Positions 51,602-60,906 are shown, numbered from the stretch's first letter. The stretch: 64,000 bases of DNA from Nitrospira sp. (GCA_047150005.1 AP038806.1:768001-832000), one strand, 5' to 3'. Numbers and translations: made by a program. Notes: a model not told the origin generated them from the sequence alone.

Positions 51602-51853
51602 GATCGTAGCCTTGATGTTTTCGCGGCGAGGGAAAAGCTATTTGCAGACTAAGTAGTTCTACCTGGTGCCCCCACCGGGATTAGCGGGCTTTTGTAGCGG
51701 TCCTGATCGCTCATGGGGCATCTCTTTCCGCGGGTTTGTGAATGCCGCATGACCTGCAGTTTACGATTTTTCAGAAAAGCCGACCTTAGACCACATAAAC
51801 CCACAAAAGCCCTAAATTTGTCATGTCCTGATAGCACGATCGTAGCAGACGAT
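51602..51853. repeat. att-like junction C (diverged), core at 51664
   Basis: TGCAGACTAAGTAGTTCTACC-TGGTGCCCCCACCGGGATT (core 17/19) plus diverged right arm. Confidence 0.85.
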
Positions 51854-52123
51854 ACCTAGGCTAGGTCTGGGCGCACCCTCGACCACAAGAAGCCAGAGAA
51901 GCGATACGACAATGTAAATGCCGCCGTACGCCGCAAAGGCCCTCCCGGCAAACGCAGCGTCAATTCTGGTCAAGCAAAGTGCGAAAAGCACTAGGCATGG
52001 GACTCCGGCCGCTACCCACCTAGATGTCCGATCCAGCCGGAGCCATGCCCAAAACGCAAAGCATCCCGCTATTTCAAAGATTGGAGCGAGAAGATACAGA
52101 CTTGTTGTGCTAACTGCTGTCAC
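51821..52123 (-). CDS. ynfA: YnfA (UPF0060) family membrane protein, probably 3'-truncated
   Basis: [26 protein letters not shown]; last TM helix absent and ORF ends inside arm C. Confidence 0.75.
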   Translation of the reverse strand: MTAVSTTSLYLLAPIFEIAGCFAFWAWLRLDRTSRWVAAGVPCLVLFALCLTRIDAAFAGRAFAAYGGIYIVVSLLWLLVVEGAPRPSLGIVCYDRAIRT

Positions 52124-52135
52124 TTGTTTGGTTCC

Positions 52136-52948
52136 TTACACGCACACCGTCACACGCAAGAAGGTCGCAGGAATCGATGTGATGTCTTGACGCTGGCTTG
52201 CGTTTTGGCTGGTGAAGAGAGTCTCCAACTCCTTTTGCAGTTCGCCGGCGCGGCCGTTCTTGTTCGCCGCTTCAAAAGCGTTCATGGTGGGTCCGTAGTA
52301 CTGTCTGAAGGTCTCAACGAACTCCGAGGGCGTGCCGCGATAGTTGAAGGTATAGGTATCTCTAACAAAAGAGATCTTCTCCTGAGCAATTCCTGCCTTG
52401 GCAAATCGCTCGATCACGTTGATCTCGATCCCCCACGTCATCGGACTCACGAAGCCCTCGGGCGGTGGAGGTGAGTAGGCCGAACTGGTTTTCAGAATTT
52501 GCGCAACCAGTGTGGGATCGTTGGGAATCCAGTTCCCCATTACGATCCGGCCGCCAGGTTTGGTCACGCGCACCATTTCGTTGGCCACGTCAAATGGTTT
52601 GGGGGCAAACATGGCTCCAAAGATACTTACGACAAGATCAAACGTTTCGGCTTTCAACTCGTGTAACGCGGATGCATCCCCTTCCTGGAACCGGCAGTCA
52701 GCGAGTCCTTCCCGCTGCGCACGCCTGTTCCCGGCCTCAACCAGATTGCGCGCAATGTCGACGCCCAGCACGTCCGCTCCGAGCCTGGCCGCGGGCAACG
52801 CCGTTGTACCGTCGCCACATCCGAGGTCCAAGACTTTGAGCCCCGCCGTGATGCCGAGGCCCTTGACGAGAGCTTCTCCGCTCTCGCGCATGGTTGCTGC
52901 AATCCGAGTAAAGTCACCCTTTTCCCACAATGCTTGATTTGGATTCAT
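52136..52948 (-). CDS. Class I SAM-dependent methyltransferase
   Basis: VLDLGCGDG, FDLVVSIFGAMF, TKPGG. Confidence 0.9.
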   Translation of the reverse strand: MNPNQALWEKGDFTRIAATMRESGEALVKGLGITAGLKVLDLGCGDGTTALPAARLGADVLGVDIARNLVEAGNRRAQREGLADCRFQEGDASALHELKAETFDLVVSIFGAMFAPKPFDVANEMVRVTKPGGRIVMGNWIPNDPTLVAQILKTSSAYSPPPPEGFVSPMTWGIEINVIERFAKAGIAQEKISFVRDTYTFNYRGTPSEFVETFRQYYGPTMNAFEAANKNGRAGELQKELETLFTSQNASQRQDITSIPATFLRVTVCV

Positions 52949-52998
52949 GGGGATGGTTCCTTTCCTGAGTTAGAATGGATGGAGCATTGTGCGTTGCT

Positions 52999-53349
52999 TC
53001 AGTGTCTTATCCGCAGAATACACGCCACGAGGAAGTCTCCTGGTGGCGTGTACGCTGTAACGGGGGCGGATTCGTAAATGCGAATCTCGGGCGTGCCCCC
53101 AAGATAGGGTTGCAATGCAGTGACCACGTCCTTCTGAAACAAGGCGCTCTGCAGATACTGTTCTGCGTGCGTCTTCGAATCGAAACCGTGCAGGACCTGA
53201 ACATCTTCAGGCCGAATCAGCAATTGCTTCGATTCTGCTCCCGTGATCGTTGAAAGAAACGGTGTGCGATACTTTTCATACACCGCCGCTGCGGCCCTGC
53301 GATGCTCTCCCGCGATCGGCAACGTAATTTCTAGAAATGTGGAAGCCAT
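52999..53349 (-). CDS. Hypothetical protein (dimeric alpha/beta-barrel-like)
   Basis: FLEITL...GAESKQLLIRPEDVQVLHGFDS...PEIRIY. Confidence 0.55.
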   Translation of the reverse strand: MASTFLEITLPIAGEHRRAAAAVYEKYRTPFLSTITGAESKQLLIRPEDVQVLHGFDSKTHAEQYLQSALFQKDVVTALQPYLGGTPEIRIYESAPVTAYTPPGDFLVACILRIRH

Positions 53350-53478
53350 ACGTTCACCCCTTGTGTAGTGTGTTTGCGAGTACGTCTCGCGAGGCCTCAC
53401 CGTTATGGTCAGGCATGTGCACTGTGACACAAGCCGTCGAAGCGGATCTGTTCGCTGGAGAACAGTCGGGACAAATTA

Positions 53479-54156
53479 TTATTGACCGAGCAAACGCTCG
53501 ATGCTGTCGATGTCTCGTACACAGAGATACTCCCGGCTATAGCCCAATATCCCTTGGTCACGCAGTCGGTTCAAAATCGTGCTGACCACGGGTCGAGTCG
53601 CCCCGACCAAATCTGCCAGTTCTTGCTGAGTGATCCGCAGATGCTGGCCAAACCCGTGCTCACACCGTCGATCGAATCCATTGGAGAGCTCCCGCAGGGT
53701 CTCAGCCAACCGCATTTCGGTCCGCTGGAAGGCCATACACGCCAGGCGACGCTCCAATTGCCGTTGGCGATTCGCATAGGCACGGATCAGCCGTACGCCG
53801 ATGGTGGGCACAGCCACGAGGAGCGCCTGCCACTCGTCTGCGGGAACCTTCCACAGCGAGACCGTCCCCCTCGCCATCGCTGATTCCTGCGCTTCGGTCT
53901 CGCGCGGATCGGCCAAGCCCGGTCCGAACATGTCTCCGACCGCGAGCAATCCGATCGTCAGCTCGTTCCCCTCCCGATTCACTTGAGCGAGCTTAATCTG
54001 TCCGTCACAAATTCCGAAGACCGAACCGCAGCGATCCCCTTGCGCGTATACCTCTGCCCGATGGCGCATCGTCTTTACGGCGGCCGAAGGACAGAGCCGC
54101 CCTAATTCCTTAGCCGATAACTCTCTCCATATCGGCTCCTCACTCATGGCTCCCAC
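53479..54156 (-). CDS. Crp/Fnr family transcriptional regulator
   Basis: cNMP-binding region (YAQGD, GDMFG) and HTH ITQQELADLVGATR. Confidence 0.88.
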   Translation of the reverse strand: MGAMSEEPIWRELSAKELGRLCPSAAVKTMRHRAEVYAQGDRCGSVFGICDGQIKLAQVNREGNELTIGLLAVGDMFGPGLADPRETEAQESAMARGTVSLWKVPADEWQALLVAVPTIGVRLIRAYANRQRQLERRLACMAFQRTEMRLAETLRELSNGFDRRCEHGFGQHLRITQQELADLVGATRPVVSTILNRLRDQGILGYSREYLCVRDIDSIERLLGQ

Positions 54157-54194
54157 CTCTCAGCGAGCTACAGAAGAACCTCGGAATGGTTCGT

Positions 54195-54869
54195 TCAGGC
54201 TTTCATCTCTACGTCTAGCCCCGCAGCCTTCCATTCAGGGAAACCGTCTTCCAAGCGTCGCACTCGATATCCCTTGGCTCGGAGAGTCGCGACAGCGTCA
54301 AACGACCATAGACAGTAGGGCCCGCGACAATACGCAACGATTTCGCGGCGCTTTGGGAGGTCGCCGAGCCGTCGTTTTAGTTCCCCGATCGGAATATTGA
54401 TGGCCCCCGGGAGGTGTCCATGTGAGAATTCTGCTGCTGGACGAACATCGAGGACCGTTACTGTTCCGTCCTTGAGGCGGGTTGCCAGTTCTTTCCGTGA
54501 GATGGCTTCAAGGCTGTCGCGTTGGCTAAAGAAATCACGCATGACGCCCTGAATTTCAGCAATATTGCGCTCCCCAACCACACCCATAGCTTTGAGCAAG
54601 CTCACGACTTCCCCATCCCCAGCCAAGCGGTAAAAAATTCGCTTCCCTTGACGTTCGGCCTCAACTAAGCGTGCGCGTCGTAACAATTGCAGGTGCCTTG
54701 AAGTATTGGCGACCGTGAGATCCGTCGCATTCGCTAACTCTTCGACGCTACGGGGGCCTTGCGCCATACGTTCCAGTAACTCAAGACGGTGCGCGTGGCT
54801 GAGGGCCCGCGCGACTCCGGCCAGATTCTGGAAGATGACTTGTTTGGGGCTGCTTGACATCGTACCCAT
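54195..54869 (-). CDS. ArsR family regulator fused to rhodanese domain
   Basis: RLELL...SVEELA...NTSRHL HTH; LDVRP..EF..GHLPGA, YCRGPYC. Confidence 0.9.
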   Translation of the reverse strand: MGTMSSSPKQVIFQNLAGVARALSHAHRLELLERMAQGPRSVEELANATDLTVANTSRHLQLLRRARLVEAERQGKRIFYRLAGDGEVVSLLKAMGVVGERNIAEIQGVMRDFFSQRDSLEAISRKELATRLKDGTVTVLDVRPAAEFSHGHLPGAINIPIGELKRRLGDLPKRREIVAYCRGPYCLWSFDAVATLRAKGYRVRRLEDGFPEWKAAGLDVEMKA

Positions 54870-54879
54870 TACAATCTAA

Positions 54880-54901
54880 CATTCACCAAATTGATTGAAT
54901 G
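54880..54901. promoter_or_regulatory. Putative ArsR-type operator
   Basis: CATTCA-N10-TGAATG inverted repeat between divergent ArsR and desaturase genes. Confidence 0.55.
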
Positions 54902-55003
54902 ATAGCGCGACCGATGGGAGGCGTGCAAGCCATAATTCTTAGCCAGACAGAACCGTCGGCCTTCGGAAACACATAACCATCCACTCACAGACGAGAAGTT
55001 AGC

Positions 55004-55840
55004 ATGAAGACAGATGTGTTGATTCGCCTGACAGCTTTTCTCTCCGTGTTCAGTGTCATGGCGTTGTGGGAGTTGTTGGCTCCCCGTCGCAGGCTTACGA
55101 CTCCGAAAGGCAGAAGGTGGGCAGCGAATCTCACAATCGTCGTGTTGGATGCGGTGATTATCCGGCTTCTCTTTGCAGCTGGAGCGGTAGGCGCTGCGAT
55201 TGTTGCAGCCGATCGCGGATGGGGCCTCCTAAACCAGCTTAATTGGCCAGGATGGGTGGAAATACTCCTCGCTGTGGTGGGATTAGATCTCGTTCTTTAT
55301 TTGCAGCATGTGATGTTTCACGCTGTGCCACTATTCTGGCGCCTACACATGGTGCATCATGCTGACTTGGATTGTGATGTGACAACAGGCCTGCGTTTTC
55401 ACCCCATCGAAGTCGCCCTATCTATGGTGATTAAACTTGCGGCCGTGGCAGCACTTGGCCCTCCGCCTGTTGCCGTCGTCATTTTCGAAGTGCTCCTTAA
55501 TGCGACTTCCATGTTCAACCATAGCAATATCCGCATGGAGGCAGGGATTGATCGCATACTTCGTTGGCTTATCGTCACACCTGACATGCACCGCATTCAT
55601 CATTCGATTGTGACACAAGAGACCAACAGCAATTTTGGATTTAACCTGCCGTGGTGGGACAAGCTACTGGGCACATACCGACCTGGGCCCAAGGCCGGCC
55701 GCGAAGGGATGACTCTCGGTTTGGAGCAATACCGAGATCCTGCTCGCCTGACTTTGATGAGACTGCTTGTGCTTCCTTTTGTCGGCACAACTGGTAACTA
55801 TCCGCTGTGGCAAGGATCAAGCTCGAAAGCCCCAGAGTAA
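55004..55840 (+). CDS. Sterol desaturase / fatty acid hydroxylase family protein
   Basis: His boxes HVMFH, HMVHH, FNHSN, HRIHH. Confidence 0.88.
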   Translation: MKTDVLIRLTAFLSVFSVMALWELLAPRRRLTTPKGRRWAANLTIVVLDAVIIRLLFAAGAVGAAIVAADRGWGLLNQLNWPGWVEILLAVVGLDLVLYLQHVMFHAVPLFWRLHMVHHADLDCDVTTGLRFHPIEVALSMVIKLAAVAALGPPPVAVVIFEVLLNATSMFNHSNIRMEAGIDRILRWLIVTPDMHRIHHSIVTQETNSNFGFNLPWWDKLLGTYRPGPKAGREGMTLGLEQYRDPARLTLMRLLVLPFVGTTGNYPLWQGSSSKAPE

Positions 55841-55863
55841 ATACCTTCCAGACACGTATTTTG

Positions 55864-55950
55864 TGATGTTGCCGCGGAGATGACAAATCTTTTCGCAGAC
55901 TAGTTTTACCTGGTGCCCCCAACGGGATTAGAGGGCTTCGATGGGTCATG
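55864..55950. repeat. att-like junction D (truncated right arm), core at 55911
   Basis: TGATGTTGCCGCGG...GCAGACTAGTTTTACC-TGGTGCCCCCAACGGGATTAGAGGGCTT. Confidence 0.85.
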
Positions 55951-56163
55951 AGGTCCTCCGCCGAAATGAGCCTGAAGCTGGACAGGCGGACACTTGATGC
56001 TTCCGTAGGAGCAGAATACGCAACAGTCGCCAGACTGTGGCCGTAGTATTGATTTACAGGACGGGCATTCAAAAAACACGACACAGGCATCAGCCGGCAT
56101 GTCTCGCTCCGTCTGCGCACCGCAATGCGGGCATGTAATGACCGCTCGACTCACTGTCTCCAT
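55906..56163 (-). CDS. GDCCVxC domain small Cys-rich protein
   Basis: CPHC, CPSC, GDCCVFCSYG..KCPP. Confidence 0.85.
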   Translation of the reverse strand: METVSRAVITCPHCGAQTERDMPADACVVFFECPSCKSILRPQSGDCCVFCSYGSIKCPPVQLQAHFGGGPHDPSKPSNPVGGTR

Positions 56164-56348
56164 AGCTAGACGAGGGTACTCCTATTTCTGGATTCGAGTT
56201 AAGAGCGGAATTTACTCCTTCGTTCACACTCCGGGTCATTGAGACCGAAGCAGGTACCGTTGTGCCATGCGCCGGACTTATCCCTGAATGGCCGAGAAAA
56301 GGTCGTCCCGATGAATGGCCCTTTCTCGCTGACATTGTGCCAGATCTT

Positions 56349-56545
56349 TGATGTTGCCGCGGCGAGGACAACCTCTTTGCAGACTACGTAGTTCTACCTG
56401 GTGTCCCCAACAGGAATAGAGGGCTTTTGTAAAGGCCTGAATGGGTCGTGGGGCATACCCTTTAAGGGGTTCGTGAACGCGGCCTGACCTGCGGTTGACG
56501 AATTCCAGAAGATCCCACCTCAGACAACCTAAACCCACAAGAAGC
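56349..56545. repeat. att-like junction E, core at 56399
   Basis: TGATGTTGCCGCGGCGAGG...GCAGACTACGTAGTTCTACC-TGGTGTCCCCAACAGGAAT; right arm differs from copy B at about 6 of ~145 positions. Confidence 0.92.
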
Positions 56546-56604
56546 AACAAACCAGACTGACCCCAAGGTGGGTGCAGATGGGACTGGTTTGGTCGGTGTT
56601 TGTC

Positions 56605-56767
56605 TAGAACCTATCTCAAAATCGATTTTTGATAGGATTCGGTCTCTGCATCGCTGACATGTACATGAAAAAGTCGTCACATTGCCTGACAAACACGGGT
56701 GCCTCCTTGAGCTTCGTGCAGTTGACTCCCTTCGAAATGCTAATTTTCAATTTTGAGATAGGTTCTA
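56605..56767. mobile_element. MITE-like element
   Basis: Perfect 18-bp inverted repeat TAGAACCTATCTCAAAAT...ATTTTGAGATAGGTTCTA (16-bp TIR plus TA on each side); no transposase. Confidence 0.7.
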
Positions 56768-56906
56768 ATACGGATCAAGGTCGATGGAAAAGTTCAAAAG
56801 CTTTTTGTTCTGGCTTGTTGAAATCTGTTTGCGGGGACTGTCAAATGTAACAGTACCGCAGTTCATGAGCCCCACTTAGAATAATCCTACCAAGGAGGTA
56901 GAAAGT

Positions 56907-58301
56907 ATGAAAACGCTCGCGCTCTCCGTCCACCTGCTCGCCTGGTTCGGACTGGTTTTCGGCTCGCCCGTCCAAGCTCAGGCGGTCACGCCCGAGGAAG
57001 CCCGCGCCATCGCCAAGGAGGCGTACATCTGGGGGTATGCGCTGGTGGACGATTTCCGCATCTATAACGCGTACTTCGTTGACAAGGACAACCCCGAGTT
57101 CAAGGGCGGCTGGAACACCATCGGCAACAACACACGCCTCTACACGCCAGACGACACGACCATCCAGAGCATCAACGCCGACACGCTCTACTCGTTCATC
57201 GGCATCGATGTGCGCGATGAGCCGATCGTGATCACGGTGCCCCAGGTCGAGAAGGAGCGCTACTATGGGTGCAGCCTCTTCGACCTGTGGGGGTACGTCG
57301 AGATGTTCGGCACGCGCACGACCGGCAACGACGCCGCGAGCTTCCTGATCGCCGGTCCATTGTGGAAGGGCGAGACGCCCAAGGGCATTAAGAAACTCTT
57401 CCGAATCGAGACCACGTTCGGGGTTGCCGCGTTCCGCACGCAACTCTTTAACCCGAGTGACCTCGACAACGTCAAGAAGGTGCAGTCCGGGTACCAGGTG
57501 CAGACACTTTCGTCGTTCCTCGGCCAACCCGCTCCCAAGCACACACCGGTGCCCTTCGTGAAGCCACTGACGGTGGCTGAGCAGAAGACCTCGCTGGAGT
57601 TCTTCAGCGTTCTGAACAACCTCCTGCAGTTCGCTCCGATCCACTCCACCGAGGTCGAACTCAGGAAGAACGTCGCGAAGATCGGGATCGACGAGCGACT
57701 CCCCTTCGACGCCGCAAAGCTCTCCCCCGAGATCAAGACGGCAATCGAGCAGGGAAGGGCCGACGCCTGGGATGACATCAACGCCACCGTTAAGAAACTC
57801 AACACCGGTGAGATTACCGCCGGCGACTGCTACGGCACTCGAGAGTATCTCAAGAACAACTACCTCTACCGCGGCACGTGCATTTACCTCGCTGGCAACG
57901 CACAGCCGAAAGAGGAAGTCATCTACCCGTTCATCTCCGTCGATGCGGAGGCCAAACCGCTGGACGGCGCCAACAATTACACCATCACGTTCGCCGGGGA
58001 CCAACTTCCCCCCGCCAAGCAGTTCTGGTCAATCACGATGTACAACCTGCCCAAGCGCCTACTCGTAGCCAATCCGATCAATCGGTACCTCCTTAACACG
58101 CCGATGCTGCCCAACTGGGTGAAGAATGCCGACGGCGGCTACACCTTCTACATCCAGCACGAATCGCCGGGCAAGGACAAGGAAGCGAACTGGCTGCCCG
58201 CGCCGAATGGGCCGTTCTACATGGTTATGCGCCTTTACTTGCCAAGCATTGAAGCGCAAGAAGGCAAATGGAAGACACCCAGGCCGACACGGGTCAAATA
58301 A
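56907..58301 (+). CDS. DUF1254/DUF1214 domain secreted protein
   Basis: Signal peptide, AKEAYIWGY, N.DTLYS, FWSITMY, NWLPAP.GPF..MRLY; GGAGG RBS. Confidence 0.88.
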   Translation: MKTLALSVHLLAWFGLVFGSPVQAQAVTPEEARAIAKEAYIWGYALVDDFRIYNAYFVDKDNPEFKGGWNTIGNNTRLYTPDDTTIQSINADTLYSFIGIDVRDEPIVITVPQVEKERYYGCSLFDLWGYVEMFGTRTTGNDAASFLIAGPLWKGETPKGIKKLFRIETTFGVAAFRTQLFNPSDLDNVKKVQSGYQVQTLSSFLGQPAPKHTPVPFVKPLTVAEQKTSLEFFSVLNNLLQFAPIHSTEVELRKNVAKIGIDERLPFDAAKLSPEIKTAIEQGRADAWDDINATVKKLNTGEITAGDCYGTREYLKNNYLYRGTCIYLAGNAQPKEEVIYPFISVDAEAKPLDGANNYTITFAGDQLPPAKQFWSITMYNLPKRLLVANPINRYLLNTPMLPNWVKNADGGYTFYIQHESPGKDKEANWLPAPNGPFYMVMRLYLPSIEAQEGKWKTPRPTRVK

Positions 58302-58447
58302 AAGAGGGGCAAGTTAGGTCTCCAGGAGAGGATCGGCGCGAGAAGCAATAAATAAAGTGGAAACTAATTGGGTGGGTAACTGCCCTGCGGTTTGTTAGTT
58401 CGCTGCCTCCCTTAGACGGCTATTATCGAGGAATCAGTTATATACCC

Positions 58448-58562
58448 CTGCTACCCGCCTACTACCAATGGTCAGACTTGAGATGCTTCTGAATAATCGC
58501 AGGCGTAGTTATGAAGTTGCTGCGGCGAGGAAAACTTTTTTTGCAGACTACGTAGTTCTACC
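58448..58562. repeat. tRNA-proximal left arm of the att array
   Basis: CTGCTACCCGCCTACTACCA...GCAGACTACGTAGTTCTACC, homologous to left arms of B-E. Confidence 0.88.
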
Positions 58563-58640
58563 TGGTGTCCCCAACGGGATTCGAACCCGTGTTGCCGGCT
58601 TGAAAGGCCGGCGTCCTAGGCCAGGCTAGACGATGGGGAC
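58563..58640 (-). tRNA. tRNA-Glu (anticodon TTC)
   Basis: Minus strand GTCCCCATCGTCTAGCCTGGCCTAGGACGCCGGCCTTTCAAGCCGGCAACACGGGTTCGAATCCCGTTGGGGACACCA; cloverleaf with encoded CCA. Confidence 0.97.
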
Positions 58641-58786
58641 CCTGAGGCAGGCTATTGAGACAGCCTTGACACATACCACACTCCATGTCGACCTGTCACT
58701 AGACGATCGGTTCAAGTCGCGTTTTACCGATCATCTAGGGTAGGATGGGCGTCTGGTTTCGCGACCTTCGATAGGAGGAGTCCTAG

Positions 58787-59278
58787 ATGACCTCTCGTCC
58801 GCGACTCACAGCGTGGAACGTCGGACTAGTCTTGTTGAGCAGCCTGTGGCTGAGCCAATGTGCGCATGACACCTATCAAGAACGAGCCGATCTCATAAAA
58901 GAACATACGGAAGCTTTCTACAATCACTTGAAGGCCAATCGCATCGAGGCGGCCGTTCGTGAAAACGAACAGATCGAGGCCATGGCCAGTCGAATGGGAG
59001 AGACGGTCAGAAAGCTGGCGGCGAAACAGGGGACGACGCACGTGGAGCGCGAATTCGCCCTGATGAAGACCGCGAACGAAACGGCCGCCACCAACTGGCT
59101 TGCACTGGGCCAGTACTTTGCCATCAAGAAGCAGTATCCCCAGGCCCGCGCCACCTACCAACGTGTTGTTGACACCTATACCAATCCGACCGATCGACCG
59201 TATCGGGAACAGGCGGCTCGCGCCTTGATGGATCTGGATATTCTCAATCCCGCGACCGCATCCCCCACGAACCCGTGA
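58787..59278 (+). CDS. Hypothetical lipoprotein with TPR-like helix pair
   Basis: AGGAGG RBS, signal peptide with Cys. Confidence 0.7.
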   Translation: MTSRPRLTAWNVGLVLLSSLWLSQCAHDTYQERADLIKEHTEAFYNHLKANRIEAAVRENEQIEAMASRMGETVRKLAAKQGTTHVEREFALMKTANETAATNWLALGQYFAIKKQYPQARATYQRVVDTYTNPTDRPYREQAARALMDLDILNPATASPTNP

Positions 59279-59838
59279 ACAAACGGCCGTCGACTCACCG
59301 GCTCGGCCTCATCCTTGTCGGCCTTGCCCTGTTCTCGATCTCCGGCTGCGTGCATAAGATTCACGTATCCCCATCACCCCGGATGGAGGCGCAGGCAACG
59401 ATTCCCGTTTCGGCCCAGGTGGTGGTTCCGTTCCTTTCATTGGAGGGAGCCGACCATATGCCCGGCATCGGCTTGCTGGAATGGCCGGCCAAAGACCTTC
59501 GCGCGGCGGCCATCGATTATTTTGCGAAACGGCGGACGTTCCATGCGGTTGGTGACGAACCCGGCACCCTCACGCTCACAATCAAGGCCTGGTTGACGAT
59601 GCGGTCTCGCGGTTCATACGTGTACAAACTCCGGCTTGAGTCGGAGCTCGGACCGGCGGGCGAGCCTCCCATCGGTTCCTACCTCTCGGAGAAGACTGCG
59701 ATCGGGTCGGACGTCCGCTGGGTGACGGCGTCGGACAGGGAGCCGATCCAACAGACGGTCCAGGAGGCGTTGGACGATTTGGCGCAGCAAATCGAAGCCG
59801 ATGCCAAGCTGTACGAGAACAAGAAGGGCAGAAACTAG
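59275..59838 (+). CDS. Hypothetical lipoprotein
   Basis: ISGC lipobox; 4-bp overlap with upstream gene. Confidence 0.7.
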   Translation: MNKRPSTHRLGLILVGLALFSISGCVHKIHVSPSPRMEAQATIPVSAQVVVPFLSLEGADHMPGIGLLEWPAKDLRAAAIDYFAKRRTFHAVGDEPGTLTLTIKAWLTMRSRGSYVYKLRLESELGPAGEPPIGSYLSEKTAIGSDVRWVTASDREPIQQTVQEALDDLAQQIEADAKLYENKKGRN

Positions 59839-60107
59839 CTGGCGCGTTTCAGCGGGGCCGTCGAGCCCGGAACAGCAGCCAGGTTGCGGCACTGCCGATC
59901 AGCACACCGGACACCAGTATGGCGACCGCAATCACCGGTGTAGCAGCCTGCCATGGGAACCGTTCGCGGCGGCGAAGTTCGCGACTCAGGTTCGGCACGT
60001 GAGTTTCCGCACCCAGCCACGTCTCCGACGGCGATGCGTGCCGTGGTTTGGGCAAACCGATCGGGTCGTTCATCTCATCCTTCAACAGATGCTCGGTTCG
60101 CGAGGAG

Positions 60108-60815
60108 TCAGCTGGTCGTCGTCCGCTCTCCGGCGAAGAGAGCCCAGGCGTCGCGTGCCTGATCTGGAACCGCCGCCTCATACTCCCCGCAATCGAGTCT
60201 GAGCGACACATCGCCGAACGGCGCATTGACGTAGGAACAGTGGTGGGGCCGGTCCTGATCCGGGTACCGGTGCGGCTGGAAATATCGGCAGGATACGCAC
60301 ATGCGGGCCACCGAGATTTCCCCTTTGTTCTGCAACGTCCGGATAACCTTGGCAAGGGCCTTCAGCAGCGACGCCTGTTCTCCCGCCGGCAACAAGCTGA
60401 TCGCCGCGGCCAAGTGATCGGTGGCTCCGGCGACCGGACCACAGGCCCGCAAGCCCCGAGCGGTCAGTTCGACGGTCACGACCCGACCATCCTGCACCGT
60501 GCGGCGGCGGCGAACCAATCGCTTGCGTTCGAGCGTCGCCACGGCCTCCGACGCGGTCGGGAGTCGTACCACGAGTTCGTTGGCGATCGTCGAAACCTGG
60601 GCCGTTCGTCCGGGTCTGGACCGAAGGAGGGTGAGAATCTGCCGCTGCAGGGGGCCCAATCCGGGCCGTCCTTCCCGCCTCCAGCTGCGGCTTTTCATCG
60701 CCAGACCGATTTTTTCGAATCCGGACGCCAGTTGCACCACCGTCGCCTCGGAAGGTGGCGCGATGGCGTCGGACGATGTCCAGGCCGATTGATCGATCAT
60801 CTGCAATTCAGCCAT
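60108..60815 (-). CDS. MarR family regulator with C-terminal Cys-rich motif
   Basis: PTASEAVATLERKRLV...DGR...LTARG; MCVSCRYF, HHC, LDC. Confidence 0.85.
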   Translation of the reverse strand: MAELQMIDQSAWTSSDAIAPPSEATVVQLASGFEKIGLAMKSRSWRREGRPGLGPLQRQILTLLRSRPGRTAQVSTIANELVVRLPTASEAVATLERKRLVRRRRTVQDGRVVTVELTARGLRACGPVAGATDHLAAAISLLPAGEQASLLKALAKVIRTLQNKGEISVARMCVSCRYFQPHRYPDQDRPHHCSYVNAPFGDVSLRLDCGEYEAAVPDQARDAWALFAGERTTTS

Positions 60816-60906
60816 GGAGAAGTCTCACAAATGGCACTATTGCGCGCGCAGTCTAGTGTGGAATCGAGGTATTCGTCAACAGTCTTGTCCTCTGTATATT
60901 CCGGCC

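Larger units (their letters stand above)
39641..58581. mobile_element. tRNA-Glu-anchored tandem array of integrase-less cargo modules
   Basis: Six direct copies of the tRNA 3' core with conserved arms; accessory genes and pseudogenes between them. Confidence 0.8.

Noticed and set aside
39641..56417. Extra tRNA genes at the core copies
   Set aside because: Only about 19 nt of acceptor/T-arm sequence match; D and anticodon arms are absent.
39641..58581. Repeats as a CRISPR array or classical integron attC sites
   Set aside because: Spacing is 0.5-9.4 kb, the cores are tRNA 3' ends, and there are no cas genes, intI or attC-type palindromes.
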